From assembly GCA_964016885.1 (NCBI GenBank), contig OZ024742.1, forward strand, positions 241,924,001 through 241,988,000: a stretch of 64,000 nt of DNA, in the 5' to 3' direction. This stretch comes from Eledone cirrhosa (taxonomy: Eukaryota). Of this stretch, positions 12,493 through 26,606 are shown piece by piece. Positions within the stretch are counted from its first letter, which is position 1. The number at the start of each line of letters is the position of its first letter. The notes beneath the pieces are model-generated. The model searched no databases and had not been told where the DNA came from. It saw nothing but the letters and a program-made list of their open reading frames with translations. Made by a program: the position numbers and the translations under genes.

Positions 12493-12730
12493 GTTTTTTT
12501 TGTTTAAAATGAAATTTTGGGTACAAAACCCCAATAACTGGTTATTTAACCCCGAAGGGCCAAATAACGGACAGAAAGACCCCTCTCACGAGGAGGAGGA
12601 TGTCTTTATCAACAATTTGGTTCAAGTTTTAAACAATTTACAATTGTTTTAACGGTTAAAAATTACTATACCTTACAGAGCCGAGCCTCCGTCAACCATG
12701 GCATTCAATAATAATAATAATAATAATAAT

Positions 12731-14561
12731 TATTGATAAGATGGTAATGAGGAATTGCAAGAGGAGACACACTGGTCTTGCCATGGGATGGATAGACTAC
12801 AAAAAGGCATTTGACACGGTGCTTCATTCTTGGATCACCAAAAGCCTAGAGATCTTCAAGGAGGCAGATAACATCAGACAGTTGTTGGGCAAAAGTATGA
12901 AGTCCTGCAAAACAGAGTTAACATCAGCTGGGAGGCGTGAAGATCAAGAGAGGTATCTTCCAGGGAGATAGTCTGTCCCCTCTGTTGTTTGTCCTTGCCC
13001 TGATGCCCCTGACCATTATACTGCGAAAAGTGAGAGCAGGATACAAGTTGGGAAAGGGAGAGCTTACCATCAATCACCTTCACTTCATGGACGATCTTAA
13101 GCTCTTCGGGATGAGTGAGAAGGAGTTGGATATGCTTGTTGACACTGTCCGTATTTTCAGCAATGATATATGTATGCAATTTGGTATTAGTAAGTGTGAA
13201 GTCCTTGTGATGAAGAGGGGTAAATTGAGCAGAAGCAACGGAATCCCGGTACCAACAGGTGAGATGATAAATGATATTGACACCGAAGAAGGATACAAGT
13301 ATTTGGGTGTTCTGGAAGCTGATGACATCAATATCTGATACATTAGGAGAGTAAGGAGCGTATTAAAGTCACATCTGAACAGTAGGAATGCCATAAGTGC
13401 AGTAAATTCCCGAGCTGTGTCTATTATTAGGTACAGTGCGGGAATTCTGAGATGGAATGTTGCTGAACAAAAAGAAATGGATAGGAAGACTAGGAAGCTA
13501 TTGACTATCTCAACATGTTCCACAAGAGGAGTGATGTCGATAGACTCTACTTAAGGAGATCTGAAGGTGGAAGAGATCTTATCAGCATAGAGGACTGTGT
13601 TCAGATGGAGAAAAACAACCTACACAAATACGTGACTGATAGTAAGGAGCCAATGCTCAGAACTGTACTGAAGGAGAGGACAATAGGCCAGGGGATGTCC
13701 AAGGAGGAAATAACATCCAGGAGAAAGAGCAGCCTTCATGAAAAATCCCTTCATTGTACCTTCTTTAAGAAAACTCAATTCAGAGATCCACAGACATGGA
13801 ACTGGTTGAAAAGAGGAGACCTTAAAAAGGCTACAGAGGAATGCTAATGGCTGCGCAAGAGCAGGCCCTCAAAACGAAGTGGTTGAAACACCATATTTAC
13901 AAGGAGGAGGCTAGCCCACTGTGCAGGATCTGCGGAGAGAGAGGACACTGTGGCTCAAATTGTATCCGAGTGTAAACACCTAGCCCAGACTCACTATAAA
14001 GGCTGGAGACATGATGTGATGGGTAGGGTGATCCACTGGCACCTATGCAAAGTAAACAATTTACCACATTCTGAGAAGTGGTATGAGCATAAGCCAGAGG
14101 CGCTGATAGAAAACGATCAGGTGAAGGCGCTTTGGGATTTTAGGATACAGACGGACAAGAAACTGGAACACAATAGACCTGACCTGGTGGTTTTGGACAA
14201 GGAAAAAAGATCGTGCCTGATTGTGGATGTGGCCTGACCATTCGACACGAGAGTGCAAGTGAAGGAGAGGGAGAAAATTAACCGATACCAGGATATAAGT
14301 GGGACGTAAAACAGATTTGGAACTGCCATGAAGTCAAAGTCGTTCCGATTGTCATAGGCGCACTAGGTACTATCTGAAAACGTTTCCAAGGATAGTTTAA
14401 AAAAATTGGCCCCACCACGCTTTTTGGAACACTTCAAAAGGCATGCTTGCTGGGAACAGCAAGAACCCTCCGATACGTCCTGAATATCTGAGGCTGCAGA
14501 TAGTGGCTTGATATTCATTTCAACACACTTTCCAGTTAACTAACATCAATGACAGAGACTC
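12731..14561 (+). mobile_element. R4/Dong-like RLE non-LTR retrotransposon, 5'-truncated and decayed
   Basis: RT motifs WIDYKKAFD, GIFQGDSLSPLLF, FMDDLKL, YKYLG. CCHC (CRIC...EC), RHD, PD-type RLE motif RPDLVV..IVDVA. Several frameshifts and stops. (AAT)8 on both sides. Confidence 0.88.
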
Positions 14562-14759
14562 AATAATAATAATAATAATAATAATTATGATGATGATAAT
14601 AATTGAAAATATCCTAGAAAATGTATTATCCTAGAAAATAATTCTAGGATAATAAACATAGCAATGATGATTTCTATAGTTACTATAGAAGGTTTATTTG
14701 TTTCTTTGTTTATGTAAGTATTTATTATGTACAATGATACAAATTTTGATAGAACTCCC

Positions 14760-14892
<133 letters not shown>

Positions 14893-14904
14893 ATACTTGG
14901 GGAA

Positions 14905-14935
<31 letters not shown>

Positions 14936-15170
14936 GTTTGTGTAGCCTCTGCACACCCTCTGCACCCTACTATCGACGCCACCCCATTTATGGTTCAGCT
15001 AACCACTCGACTCCCGGGAATGAATATGACCGCAGCTAGTAAACGAGGACCCACACCCCACCCTCCCGCACCAAAATTAGACTTATTGTCCCCTACTTTT
15101 GCTCTTTACTCTCTTTACTCTTTGCTCTTGAATGTTTGGTTGGTAGAGTTCATAACACCAATCAAACCCC

Positions 15171-15230
15171 TTTTATAGCTCTGACGAATCCTACGGTTAC
15201 GTAAGGAAGAAACATTGTAAACCAATAAAA
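15171..15230 (+). ncRNA. Degenerate type I hammerhead ribozyme motif in a Penelope-type remnant
   Basis: CTGACGA at 15181, stem II TCCTACG-GTTA-CGT(A)AGGA, GAAA at 15209, then CATTGTA. Stem I only partly paired (TTTTAT/ATAAAA). Confidence 0.5.
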
Positions 15231-15605
15231 ATTTTTTGATGTTGTAGACGCTCTTGTGTTCTTTATCATATATACGGCTCTGCTCCAAAGCATAGAGCTA
15301 ATTATTATGCTGCCAATACCTTATTGGGACACGGGTATACAATACCTAACTCCTATTAACCTAAGTATATATATATATATATGTATATAATATATATATA
15401 TATACCTCTTTATCATTATCTTTTATTATTGATGTTATTGTTTTGATTCTCCGTTGTATCTCTATATATACCAATGCCATATGTAAAACCTTCAGTATTC
15501 CGATGATTTGATCAGAGGTAAAAGCTCTATTGATTAGCGACCTTTAGACTCACCTGATCAATGAAATAATTGTTAATACTTGAAATAAAACCCTTTTTGT
15601 ACAGC

Positions 15606-15640
<35 letters not shown>

Positions 15641-15785
15641 AACATTGTAGAATAACATCGTCGGCTGTACAAAAGAAATATATATATATATATATATATA
15701 ACCAAAAGTTAAACAAGGTTCATTGATTAATCAATGAATATAGTTTTACAGAAAAGTTTTCTGGAGTTATTAATATTAATTCAAA

Positions 15786-15861
15786 ATATATTTTATTATA
15801 TATATTTCGGAGGTACTGTGCTGTTTTTTCAGTACGTCCGTCCTCATCAGATAAAATATAT
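15786..15861 (-). ncRNA. Inverted copy of the same hammerhead (extra GGAC in stem II)
   Basis: Left arm of the 15781-15965 palindrome. Minus strand reads CTGATGAGGACGGACGTACTG..CAGTACCTCCGAAATATATATAATAAAATATAT. Confidence 0.7.
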
Positions 15862-15889
15862 AAATTGATGGTATGCCATACATCAATTT

Positions 15890-15960
15890 ATATATTTTAT
15901 CTGATGAGGACGTACTGAAAAACAGCACAGTACCTCCGAAATATATATAATAAAATATAT
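15890..15960 (+). ncRNA. Minimal type I hammerhead ribozyme, apparently intact
   Basis: Perfect 11-bp stem I ATATATTTTAT/ATAAAATATAT, core CTGATGA 15901-15907, stem II GGA-c-GTACTG/CAGTAC-c-TCC, GAAA 15938-15941, palindromic stem III TATATA, AUA cleavage triplet ending at 15949. Confidence 0.75.
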
Positions 15961-15994
15961 TTTGATTACGTGAATGTCTACATTTATTAATATT

Positions 15995-16043
<49 letters not shown>

Positions 16044-16948
16044 TGTATTATATATACATATCTATATATATGTATATATGAACCTTCAGAAACACAGTAG
16101 CCTGTATACTACAAAAACACATACGCACATACATACAAACACACACACACGTGTATGATTAGAACATTTTGTTTAAACATTTTATATCTGCCCTTAACAC
16201 GAAAAACAGTGTGACATCTTTGTTTAATGACCAAATAAATCTGAGCTTATTTATTTAGAGTTGAGGCAATTCTGTAAAACAACGTTGCAGGACTGCCAAT
16301 GGCAAGCATCTGATGTAAAACCTGAGTCATTAATGCATTAACACAGAGTACTAGTGTTACTACCTTTTTAGTTATATATCTCAAAGACACACCAGAGGAT
16401 TGAATAAAACGAAATATTGTTTATTTGTACTGAAGCAACTCTCACTGCACGGAATACCAGCAGTTTATTCAACAAACCATGCTGGCACAGAAAGTTTTAT
16501 TATTTTTTTTGTCTAATCACAACGCAGGTCGAGATGTTGTGGATTACTTTTTGGAAAAGAAGCAACGTCACATCTATTTACCTCCACCTAACTAACAAAT
16601 CAAGTTACATTATTATTTTACTTGTGGAATGATTTTGTTTTAAGTGTGATGGTTATGGCGTTACATCTGTTCATTTTTAGTAGGGGGAATAACAAATTCT
16701 GCTTCAAATCTTGGTTATAATTATTTAATTCGTATAGATAATATCATTTAGAAAATACATAAATGTTACAGATTATCATTTCCCTGCCTCAGTAATTACT
16801 TAATTACTAAATAATTATTTGTATTGTATTTTCAATTACACATTCAGTCATTCACAGTTACACAGACACAGACACACACACACACACATATATATGTGTG
16901 TGTATAAATATATATGCACGCACACATATATATACCTATCCATATATT

Positions 16949-17048
<100 letters not shown>

Positions 17049-17183
17049 CATATATATATATATATATATATACATTATATATATATATAAATGTATATAT
17101 TTGGTATGAATCGAAGTTGTAGCCGCTATATAGCAGGTACTAATCGAGTTGTTTGAGGCCTATATATATATATATATATGAGG

Positions 17184-17249
<66 letters not shown>

Positions 17250-17355
17250 CAAAGTAAGATTATTAGAAGAGAATGAGTGATGCACATTCATTATCCGATT
17301 ATAGTTACCATAATGGAATACAGATCACATAATTTTCTACTATAAATATCACTGA

Positions 17356-17434
<79 letters not shown>

Positions 17435-17588
17435 TGTCTGTGTGTGTCGATTGATGTATAAGAAAGAAAAATTCCTCTAGATTCACTATGCAAAGCGGTA
17501 GACAAATTCGGTGGAATTTGAACCCCTGAGCGCATACACACACATGAACACACACACACGCACACGCACACACACGCACACGCACACG

Positions 17589-17642
<54 letters not shown>

Positions 17643-18328
17643 AAGGTTATTTCCGAAAAATGAAATGAAAGTTATTGAACATCTCTACGTTGAAACATGC
17701 GAACATATGCAAAGTGGAAGATATACATAGATAAATACATTATACAAAACCTATAATGCTCATGATTTTATCTCCTGTTTTACGTTAAGAAACAAACTGC
17801 CTACGTTTCCACACATGCTGATAGAAATATATACTGTGCATATTATCTATATGACACTGACAACAAAAACTACTTGTGAAAATATAATCATTGCATATTT
17901 TTGTACGTTTATACGCATAATAGTAGTACGTGAATCTTAAATTCTTACATACACATATTACTAATCATGCTTCACGAATTTTTCTTGAGGAATGGGTGGT
18001 TGTTAAGTATTTTCTTAACATGAAAATCTATGTAGTCTAAGGCGCAGAAATTATTTACGCTGTAAAGGCAAATATTCAATCGAACGCTTATTTTCACTCC
18101 ATAGAAACACAAGCCTACCTACTTAGTTACCAGCTACATGCAGTTGATTTTGAATATTATTACATACTTATATGCTTATATTAGCGACTAGCTAAGCCTG
18201 TGCAACTTCTATACCTCCTACACACACACAGATATGTACTGTGACTGTGGATGGGTATTATTATGTTTTGTGTACTTGCAAAGTGTGTGTATGTGTGTGC
18301 TTACAATTATACGGGTCACTCTCTCTAT

Positions 18329-18369
<41 letters not shown>

Positions 18370-18394
18370 AATATATATACAGAGCGAGAGAGAG

Positions 18395-18395
18395 C

Positions 18396-18462
<67 letters not shown>

Positions 18463-18483
18463 TGGGAGAGAGAGAGAGAGATG

Positions 18484-18543
<60 letters not shown>

Positions 18544-18545
18544 AG
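18395..18545. repeat. (AG)n microsatellite
   Basis: Directly visible. Also at 22260-22340 and 56250-56315. Confidence 0.95.
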
Positions 18546-19725
18546 AAGATAGATGTATTCCGCCATAGAACCGCAAAATCAATTAAATATTTGCAAAGAA
18601 CAAATGCACATAGACACACAAACCTTCATACACGGACACACACATGTTCACACGCTCCCATGTACATACGCCTGCATGCACACACAGTTTAGGAAGAACA
18701 CAACTAAAGCTAATACGTAATTCACTCTAGTGATAGCACTGATCCAATGCTAATGCGCCATTTTAATCCAGTTATCCAGACTAGAAATCTCCCTACATCG
18801 TGGACTATTGCTTAGCGTCTGACTCCCACCGCATCCCACACACAGATAGATACATACAAAAACTCGATATATATATATATATATATATATAACGTTTGTC
18901 ACTTCGTAACATCTTCCACCTTGAACCTACATTCCCTTCATTCCATTACTCTTAGATTTTATTTATTCTTCTTATTGAGAAACCAACGAGATCAAGTGTG
19001 AATTTAGTGTTTTTTTCTCTTCATTTTTTTATTATTTTTAGAGTTCTTATTTTTCTCCTATTCTTTATTCTTGTCTTCTCCTTTCTTTACTATTCGTCTG
19101 CTTGTTCTCTGTCGCCTTTTTCCTCATCTTCTTTTCTGTTCTTTATGGAACATCTCTATTGTTTTTTTTCTTCTGTTGAAAATGTCAGTTTTCTTCTTGT
19201 ATTACGTCTTTTTATATGATCGTCTGAAAATAAAAGAGTAACAATAACAATAACAATAACCTCAATAACAACAACGTCGGTAACAGTAGCTATAACTAAA
19301 ACATGAATAACATCTTTATATCGTTTCTTTCTCACTTTATTTATTTAGTATTTATTTTGTTATTATTTTTTTTTAAACTCAAAGCCGTCCGAACAATGGT
19401 CGAAAATAAAACAAAACAAACCTAAATATGAAGGTGTCGGGTGAGATGAGGGTGGCTGAACAATGTAAATGTAAATGAAATTAAAGAAATAACGTTAGTA
19501 TCAATAGCAGGAACAAACAGAATTCTATACAACAGCAAACATTTCAACAAAAACCTAATGGCGAATACAAAAAAAAAAAAAAATCAATAATGTATTGATT
19601 ACTTAGTGATTAGACACAAGGCAAATTTCTCCAAGTGGAAAACGCACACATATTTACACACACACACACACGTACACATACATATATATATACACACACA
19701 CACACACATATTTATATATATATAT

Positions 19726-20675
<950 letters not shown>

Positions 20676-20879
20676 GTACATATATATATATATATAGAGA
20701 GAGATGATATCGGGGTGATTGCTCTGGAAACCATTCAGAAGAGTACCTCATATGACGTTGCGTACCTCCCATGACCACTTCTAGCAAACCGTGACTAAAT
20801 CTCTTGAAACAACACAACAAGTGTAGCATGAGGATTGGTGCGTCACCTCGCGTATATATACTCCAGACCTTAGGCCATA

Positions 20880-21740
20880 TTGGGTTGGACAGAAAGTTAC
20901 CGCCGCTTTTCAAACCAAGGTTGCATGAGCTGGTGGAAGCTGAGCCACGCTAACTCTCCAAAGTATTGGTACATTGAAAAAAATAAAACATACTAGATCA
21001 CTTGCATGCAATAGGGAAGGTCTCCTTGCTGGATCAATGGGGGTCCCTAAATCTAACCATGGTTGTCGGTCTACAGCAGCGATTTCCCTGCTCGGCTACC
21101 ATCGCAGAAGCAACTGGTTGTGTTCCTTTGTCAAAGGTAATGTAAAATGTTGTTTCTACGTTAATGTCAAGCGCAAGCGATCATGGGTTGATAAAGAGAA
21201 TGCACCAGAACGGCAAGAATGTCCTGACCTGGTGGGACAGGAAAAGTGTTAGCCACTATGAGTTGCTCCCATTGAACACCAGCATAACCTCTGACGTCTA
21301 TTGCCAAACATGTGACTGATTAGCGGCGAAAGGTGAGCTCACACCATGGTACTTTTCGAATCCTTTATGATAAAGCTCGGCTGCATACATCAATGATGGC
21401 CCGTGAGAAGCTGCTTAAGCTAGGTTGGGAGGTTCTTCCCTACCTGCCGTATTCGCCCGACTTCGCACCTTCAGATTGTCACCTTTTTCTCTCTATGGGC
21501 AATGGAATGCAGTCAATGACCTTTACCAATGAAGATTAATTAAATCACTGGCTGATGGAATTTTTTACATTGAAGCCAGAATATTTCTACATGGATTGAA
21601 TCATATGTTTTCGTAAACAATGGCAGACAGTAATCGCAAATGATAGTGATTACATTTGACTAGTAAAATTTTCCTAATATTAAAAAATGCAAAAGTCATT
21701 AAAAGTTTGAAAAATTGTTAGGATCTTCTATCCAACGTAA
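20880..21740 (+). mobile_element. Mariner (Tc1/mariner) element, internally deleted and decayed
   Basis: Imperfect TIRs TTGGGTTGGACAGAA / TTCTATCCAACGTAA, TA on both sides. Transposase remnant YDKARLH..LGWEVLPYLPYSPDFAPSDCHLF (mariner YSPDLAPSD motif). Confidence 0.88.
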
Positions 21741-22280
21741 TAGATATCAAACAATACATGATATATTTGTTCTGATGCGGAAGTAAAAAGTTTACGACTA
21801 CGCCAGTGGACTTGAAGAAATATGCAGATTCCTCGTTTGGGAAAAAAATTAATTCAGATAACGTAACTTTGTATTTTTCTTTTAAATATTTCAAAGAAAC
21901 TTGCTTGTTGTGAAAGAAAATATTATTTCAGTTTGATTCAAAGTTTTATTTTAAATAAACAACCGCGTCTTTGCAATAATGATGAGGAAAATGATGGCGG
22001 TGATGAACCATGAAGATGGTGTTGTTGATAACGATAATGAAATGAATAACGAAGCTAATTACTAGCGAAAATAAGTGAATAAACAAATATATAAATACAA
22101 CTTAATTGCACCTAAAAGAAAAATCAATCCCACAAAAGAAATTCATTAAGTGAGAAGACAGCAAAGGAAAAAAAATCAGAATAACATGATAACTAAGAAT
22201 ATAAAGCAAATTGAGAGTTAAAAACACGAGTGGCTGAGTGACTGTAAGAAAGCCAAAGAGAGAGAGAGAGAGAGAGAGGG

Positions 22281-22339
<59 letters not shown>

Positions 22340-23476
22340 TAATGACAGAAAACGATGTTGGGGAGGGAGTAACAGAGAGAAAGAAAGGAGTGTTTATTTT
22401 TCATTTTTCATATTCTTGTTTTAGTTTGGTTTAAATATAATTTAAATAATTGGAAACAAAATTATCGGAAACTGAAAAGAGCTACAAATATTAACAAAAG
22501 AATGTTTGTAGCACTTTTATAAATTCATTTTTCATAAAATTATCACAATAATATAAAAAAATAGCCGTAAAATAATAATGATTTCTCTTGATTAACCAGA
22601 AAAAACAACTTTATGGGGCAACTCTATAGTTGATGAAAACAAACTCAGTATAATATGCGCACTTGTTTTATCAGTTAACTGTCAAAAGCTTAAAGGAAAT
22701 ATAACCCTCAATAGAATTTGAATGTATAACAGAGTTATTAAAGTGGACATTACATAGCAAAGTATTCTGTCTGGTATACGTTTCTGCTAACGTTTCTGCT
22801 AGCTGCTCAGCCTTGAAAAGAACGGTTATTTTTTAATCGCTATACGACTACAGTTAAAAGACACGCATAAAATGTATGATTATCCCTGAAATGAACTACA
22901 AAAACACGGAGGAAGGCAACCATAGGAATAATTAATGAAACCTAATCAATGAGTAAGCTTCAAATAGCATTCAATCACCTTCAATTCTCAACCTGCTGTT
23001 TAAAAAAAAGAGAGTGCATTTCAGTTGATGTAGTCTTTGGTATAATACGTTATTAAAAAAGGCAGGATAGCTACAATTGGAGTACAGTTTATCAAATGTC
23101 TGCAGGACCGTGTCTGACATGGAGCTATACAAAAGAAACAACAGAACGTACATACAATATTCAAGATGATTTCAGGTACCGTTACAGAATCTCATTAATG
23201 CTGGGATATCTTTAAAGATATGACAAACTAGGTAATTATATTCCGTCAATAAATAACGGACGTGTTGTCATTTTCAAATCAGATCTAAATAAATGCATGC
23301 TATTAGCATAGAGAAAAATCTGTACCTAAGATTTTCAGAGCTATAGTGTTTGTCCCTATATACTGGAACATGCCTGTCAGAGAAAGGAAGGAAACACTCT
23401 GATAGATAGGGAAATCAAATATTCTGAGAGATATTCTGATTTTTACAAATGAAAACTTTTACTCACACGGCTTTTG

Positions 23477-23558
<82 letters not shown>

Positions 23559-23793
23559 CTTACATATATATTTATAGGTAAAGTAGATAGTTATTTCTCA
23601 AAACCAGTCCACAAGCACTCATCAAACATCCTAAACGGAAAACACTCATGACTCCTGTCAAACTAGACCATACTCAGCCGCCAAATTCGGAAAACCAAAC
23701 GCGGACTACCCATCTTCCCAAACTAGGCATACGTAACCGAATCGCAGCAGCCAGCAAACAGGAAAGACAGGTGTTATCAATCTGCAGCTGTCA

Positions 23794-24114
23794 TTTATAT
23801 ATATAAAACTGAGGATGTCTGTCTGTCGGTGTGAGTTTGAATCCCTAAAACTCGAGAAGCACCCAACCGACTGTTTTCAAACTTTACACATGTAATACTT
23901 ATGTTTCAGGAAGTGTTCTGAGGAAAAGAAGTTTCAATTTTTCAATGCCCTAGGGACCGCATTAGGCGATTTAGTGATCTATCTCTATAATTCTTAGTCT
24001 TTCTCTTTTTAGATAGATACATACATATAACGTCGCGCCCTTATAATATCTGTCTGTATGTCTGACTGTATGCATTACGTCACTTCCCTGAGGATGTCTG
24101 TCTGTGTGTGGTGT

Positions 24115-24208
<94 letters not shown>

Positions 24209-24792
24209 TTTGAATCCCTAAAACTCGAGAAGTACCCAACGGATTTTTTCAAACTTTACATGTGTATTACTTATGTTTCAGGGAGTGTTATGCACATAAA
24301 AAATTAAACGTTTTGATCCCCTAGGGCCCGCATTAGGTGAAAATCTGCGTTTGAGGCGTTACATCAGACTGATTTCCTTGAAATTGTAACTATGTATTAG
24401 TCAGTCTCTTCTTCATACCATGAGCAAAGAAAATCTAACATTGTTATGGCCTAGGTGAAAATTCAACTTCTTTATGGCATTAGGTCAAAAACTTCATTTC
24501 TTTCAGTTTTTTTAGAGCTTTTTTGAGTCGTTACGTGTAGCCGTTTTCCCGAAATTTCAAGGCATATCATGCACATAAAACAAAAATTCATTTTCTTGAT
24601 CCCCTAGGGCCCGCATTAGGTGAAAACCTGCATTTATCCTATTTCATCGAGGAAAATCTTAAAAAATATCCAGCCATCAGAGTATTCGGTTTATTTTCTT
24701 TACATATTGTCCAGGCATGCAGTTTAACCACGATTAGGTCTGTTGGCGGCCCGCGTTCCAAAAAACCGTGCAACGCCGGATACCACTGCTAG
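23794..24792 (+). mobile_element. Non-autonomous Helitron, copy 1
   Basis: A|TTTATATATATAAA start (TC mutated to TT), ends CCGTGCAACGCCGGATACCACTG-CTAG|T, no TSD, colinear with 26607-27515. Confidence 0.85.
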
Positions 24793-24804
24793 TATTATAT
24801 AGTT

Positions 24805-24900
24805 TCTATATATTAAAGTGAAAAACTATTAATGGCTCTCGATTTTAAAGCCTCAAACCATCCACCTAGTTCACGTGATGCCACGAATCGGGTAGTCTAG
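24805..24900 (+). mobile_element. Possible mini-Helitron
   Basis: Begins TCTATATATTAAA and ends CGGGTAGTCTAG|T. Single copy with no clear hairpin. Confidence 0.3.
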
Positions 24901-25009
24901 TTCATATATAAGTATATATATTTACACACACACATCATCTCTGTCTATCTCTGTATATATATATGGTTGATCTTCCCTCTCTGAAGCCGTTCTTGTTGTC
25001 CCTGAGATC

Positions 25010-25295
25010 ATCAGAGCTGTATGGGAGCCTCCCAAAAGTCAGCTCAAAAGTGAAACAGAGGAGACTGAGGTTAGCTGGACATGCTCACCGACATCCAGAG
25101 TTGACATTGCACTCAGTGCTCCTGTGGGAGCCCCTACATGGACACACCGGAAGGGGAAGACCAAGGTTAACGTATGTTAATGCCCTAAGGACAGGCACTG
25201 GTCTGCTGGAGATGCAGGACATGGCAGCGATAATGAGGGACAGAGACAGCTGGAGAGAACTCGTCCATGGATCTCGGGAATTTTACTCGCCATAG
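25010..25295 (+). mobile_element. RTE-clade LINE extreme 3' fragment
   Basis: ELYGSLPKVSSKVKQRRLRLAGHAHR..VLLWEP..GRGRPRLTY..DRDSWR, the typical RTE C-terminus. Lies between (TA)n tracts. Confidence 0.8.
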
Positions 25296-25332
<37 letters not shown>

Positions 25333-25494
25333 AAATTAAGATAAATTAAATGAATTTAATCCAAATCAAAATTATGGGTGTCATGCCAGAAAGCCATGCG
25401 CCATATCACCCGGAAAATATGCTCTAAGATTCTAACGAGTAGGTCCGAACATTTTATAATAACTAGAAATTGATTAACATATATATAAACATGA

Positions 25495-25525
<31 letters not shown>

Positions 25526-25657
25526 CAAATGGAAGCTTAATAAAATCGAAGCTTTGGCTGCAGCCAAGCAAAATCGACCTACAATTCGGAATGAATAGCA
25601 AATCACTCAATAAGGGTAGGCCCTCAGAATATATATATATATATACAATGTATATAG

Positions 25658-25817
25658 TGTTTAGAAATGTACGGAAAACACAAACAAAGGAAAGATCCCC
25701 TCTTCAGTTGTCTGCTGTGGGTCACGGACGTTGATGCGTCGAAACGTACCAGCCCCACAGCAAACAACTGAAGATGGGATCTGTCCTTTGTTTGTGTTTT
25801 ACGTACATTTCTAAACA
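25658..25817. repeat. Fold-back with ~64-bp arms and a hammerhead-like centre
   Basis: TGTTTAGAAATGTACG..GCTGTGGG / CCCACAGC..CGTACATTTCTAAACA with few mismatches. Spacer contains GACG-TTGATG-CGTC-GAAAC. Confidence 0.85.
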
Positions 25818-25938
25818 TTCTAAACACTCTTTATTAGTAAGGACAAATCACCTCGTCCCTTCTAAATTTTCCATTAAATTAATAATTATAACATTCTTTT
25901 TTACATGTATAATTTTAGACATACATTTGGAGAATTTT

Positions 25939-25993
<55 letters not shown>

Positions 25994-26606
25994 CTGGAAA
26001 ATAATTGTTTAATTACCTATCTTTCTGTATTTATTATTATTGTTTTATTTTATTGTATTGTATTATGTTATAAATAATATTAATACATGTGAAATATAAT
26101 ATAAAAAGCATGCCACTTATGTTTTTCTGTTAGAGATTTTTTGTATCGTTGGAAGTCAAATTACCATGGAGAAATATTTTCAAACTAGGATTCTTATGAA
26201 ACAATAAACTTTCTTTTCCATTTATTATTATAATTTATACGCCTAACGTATAATTTGCTTACTGTGCCCTTCTTATTTCCGGTTAATTTACACACATATA
26301 TTCTGATATAATATAGCTTCTAATTTTTAATCATGTGTCTGTTAATGTACGGATGTACAGAAGTAGAACATTTTAATATACTGCTTTTAATATACCGCTT
26401 CTGCTTTGCTGTTGTCTTTGATTGCGCTTGTGATTAGCAATTAATTAATTGGTATGCTATGAATCTCATCCGTTGTATGGACTTATCTCATGTATGCAAC
26501 ACATTTGACACTTCAAACAATATCTAATCTACTGAGGATATGTAGAGCAACGAACAACTACCTCGTACGTATCATGGTATGCTCCATCGTTCTATATTGA
26601 AACATA

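Larger units (their letters stand above)
6679..12706 (-). mobile_element. Full-length Tx1/L1-clade non-LTR retrotransposon, copy A (6028 bp), in (AAT)n
   Basis: 5'UTR starting GAATGCCATGG, ORF1, 34-bp spacer, ORF2, 3'UTR ending AATAAAGAAATC. Flanked by (AAT)13 at 6640-6678 and (AAT)8 at 12707-12730. Both ends match copy B exactly. Confidence 0.95.

Noticed and set aside
12493-12534. 14-codon N-terminal extension of ORF1 in the ORF track
   Set aside because: It uses a non-ATG start and is out of frame with ORF1 in copy B. The ATG at 12492 is the conserved start.
25375-25430. GGGTG..CACCC-GGAAA as another hammerhead
   Set aside because: No CUGANGA core or stem I, so it is too degenerate to support.
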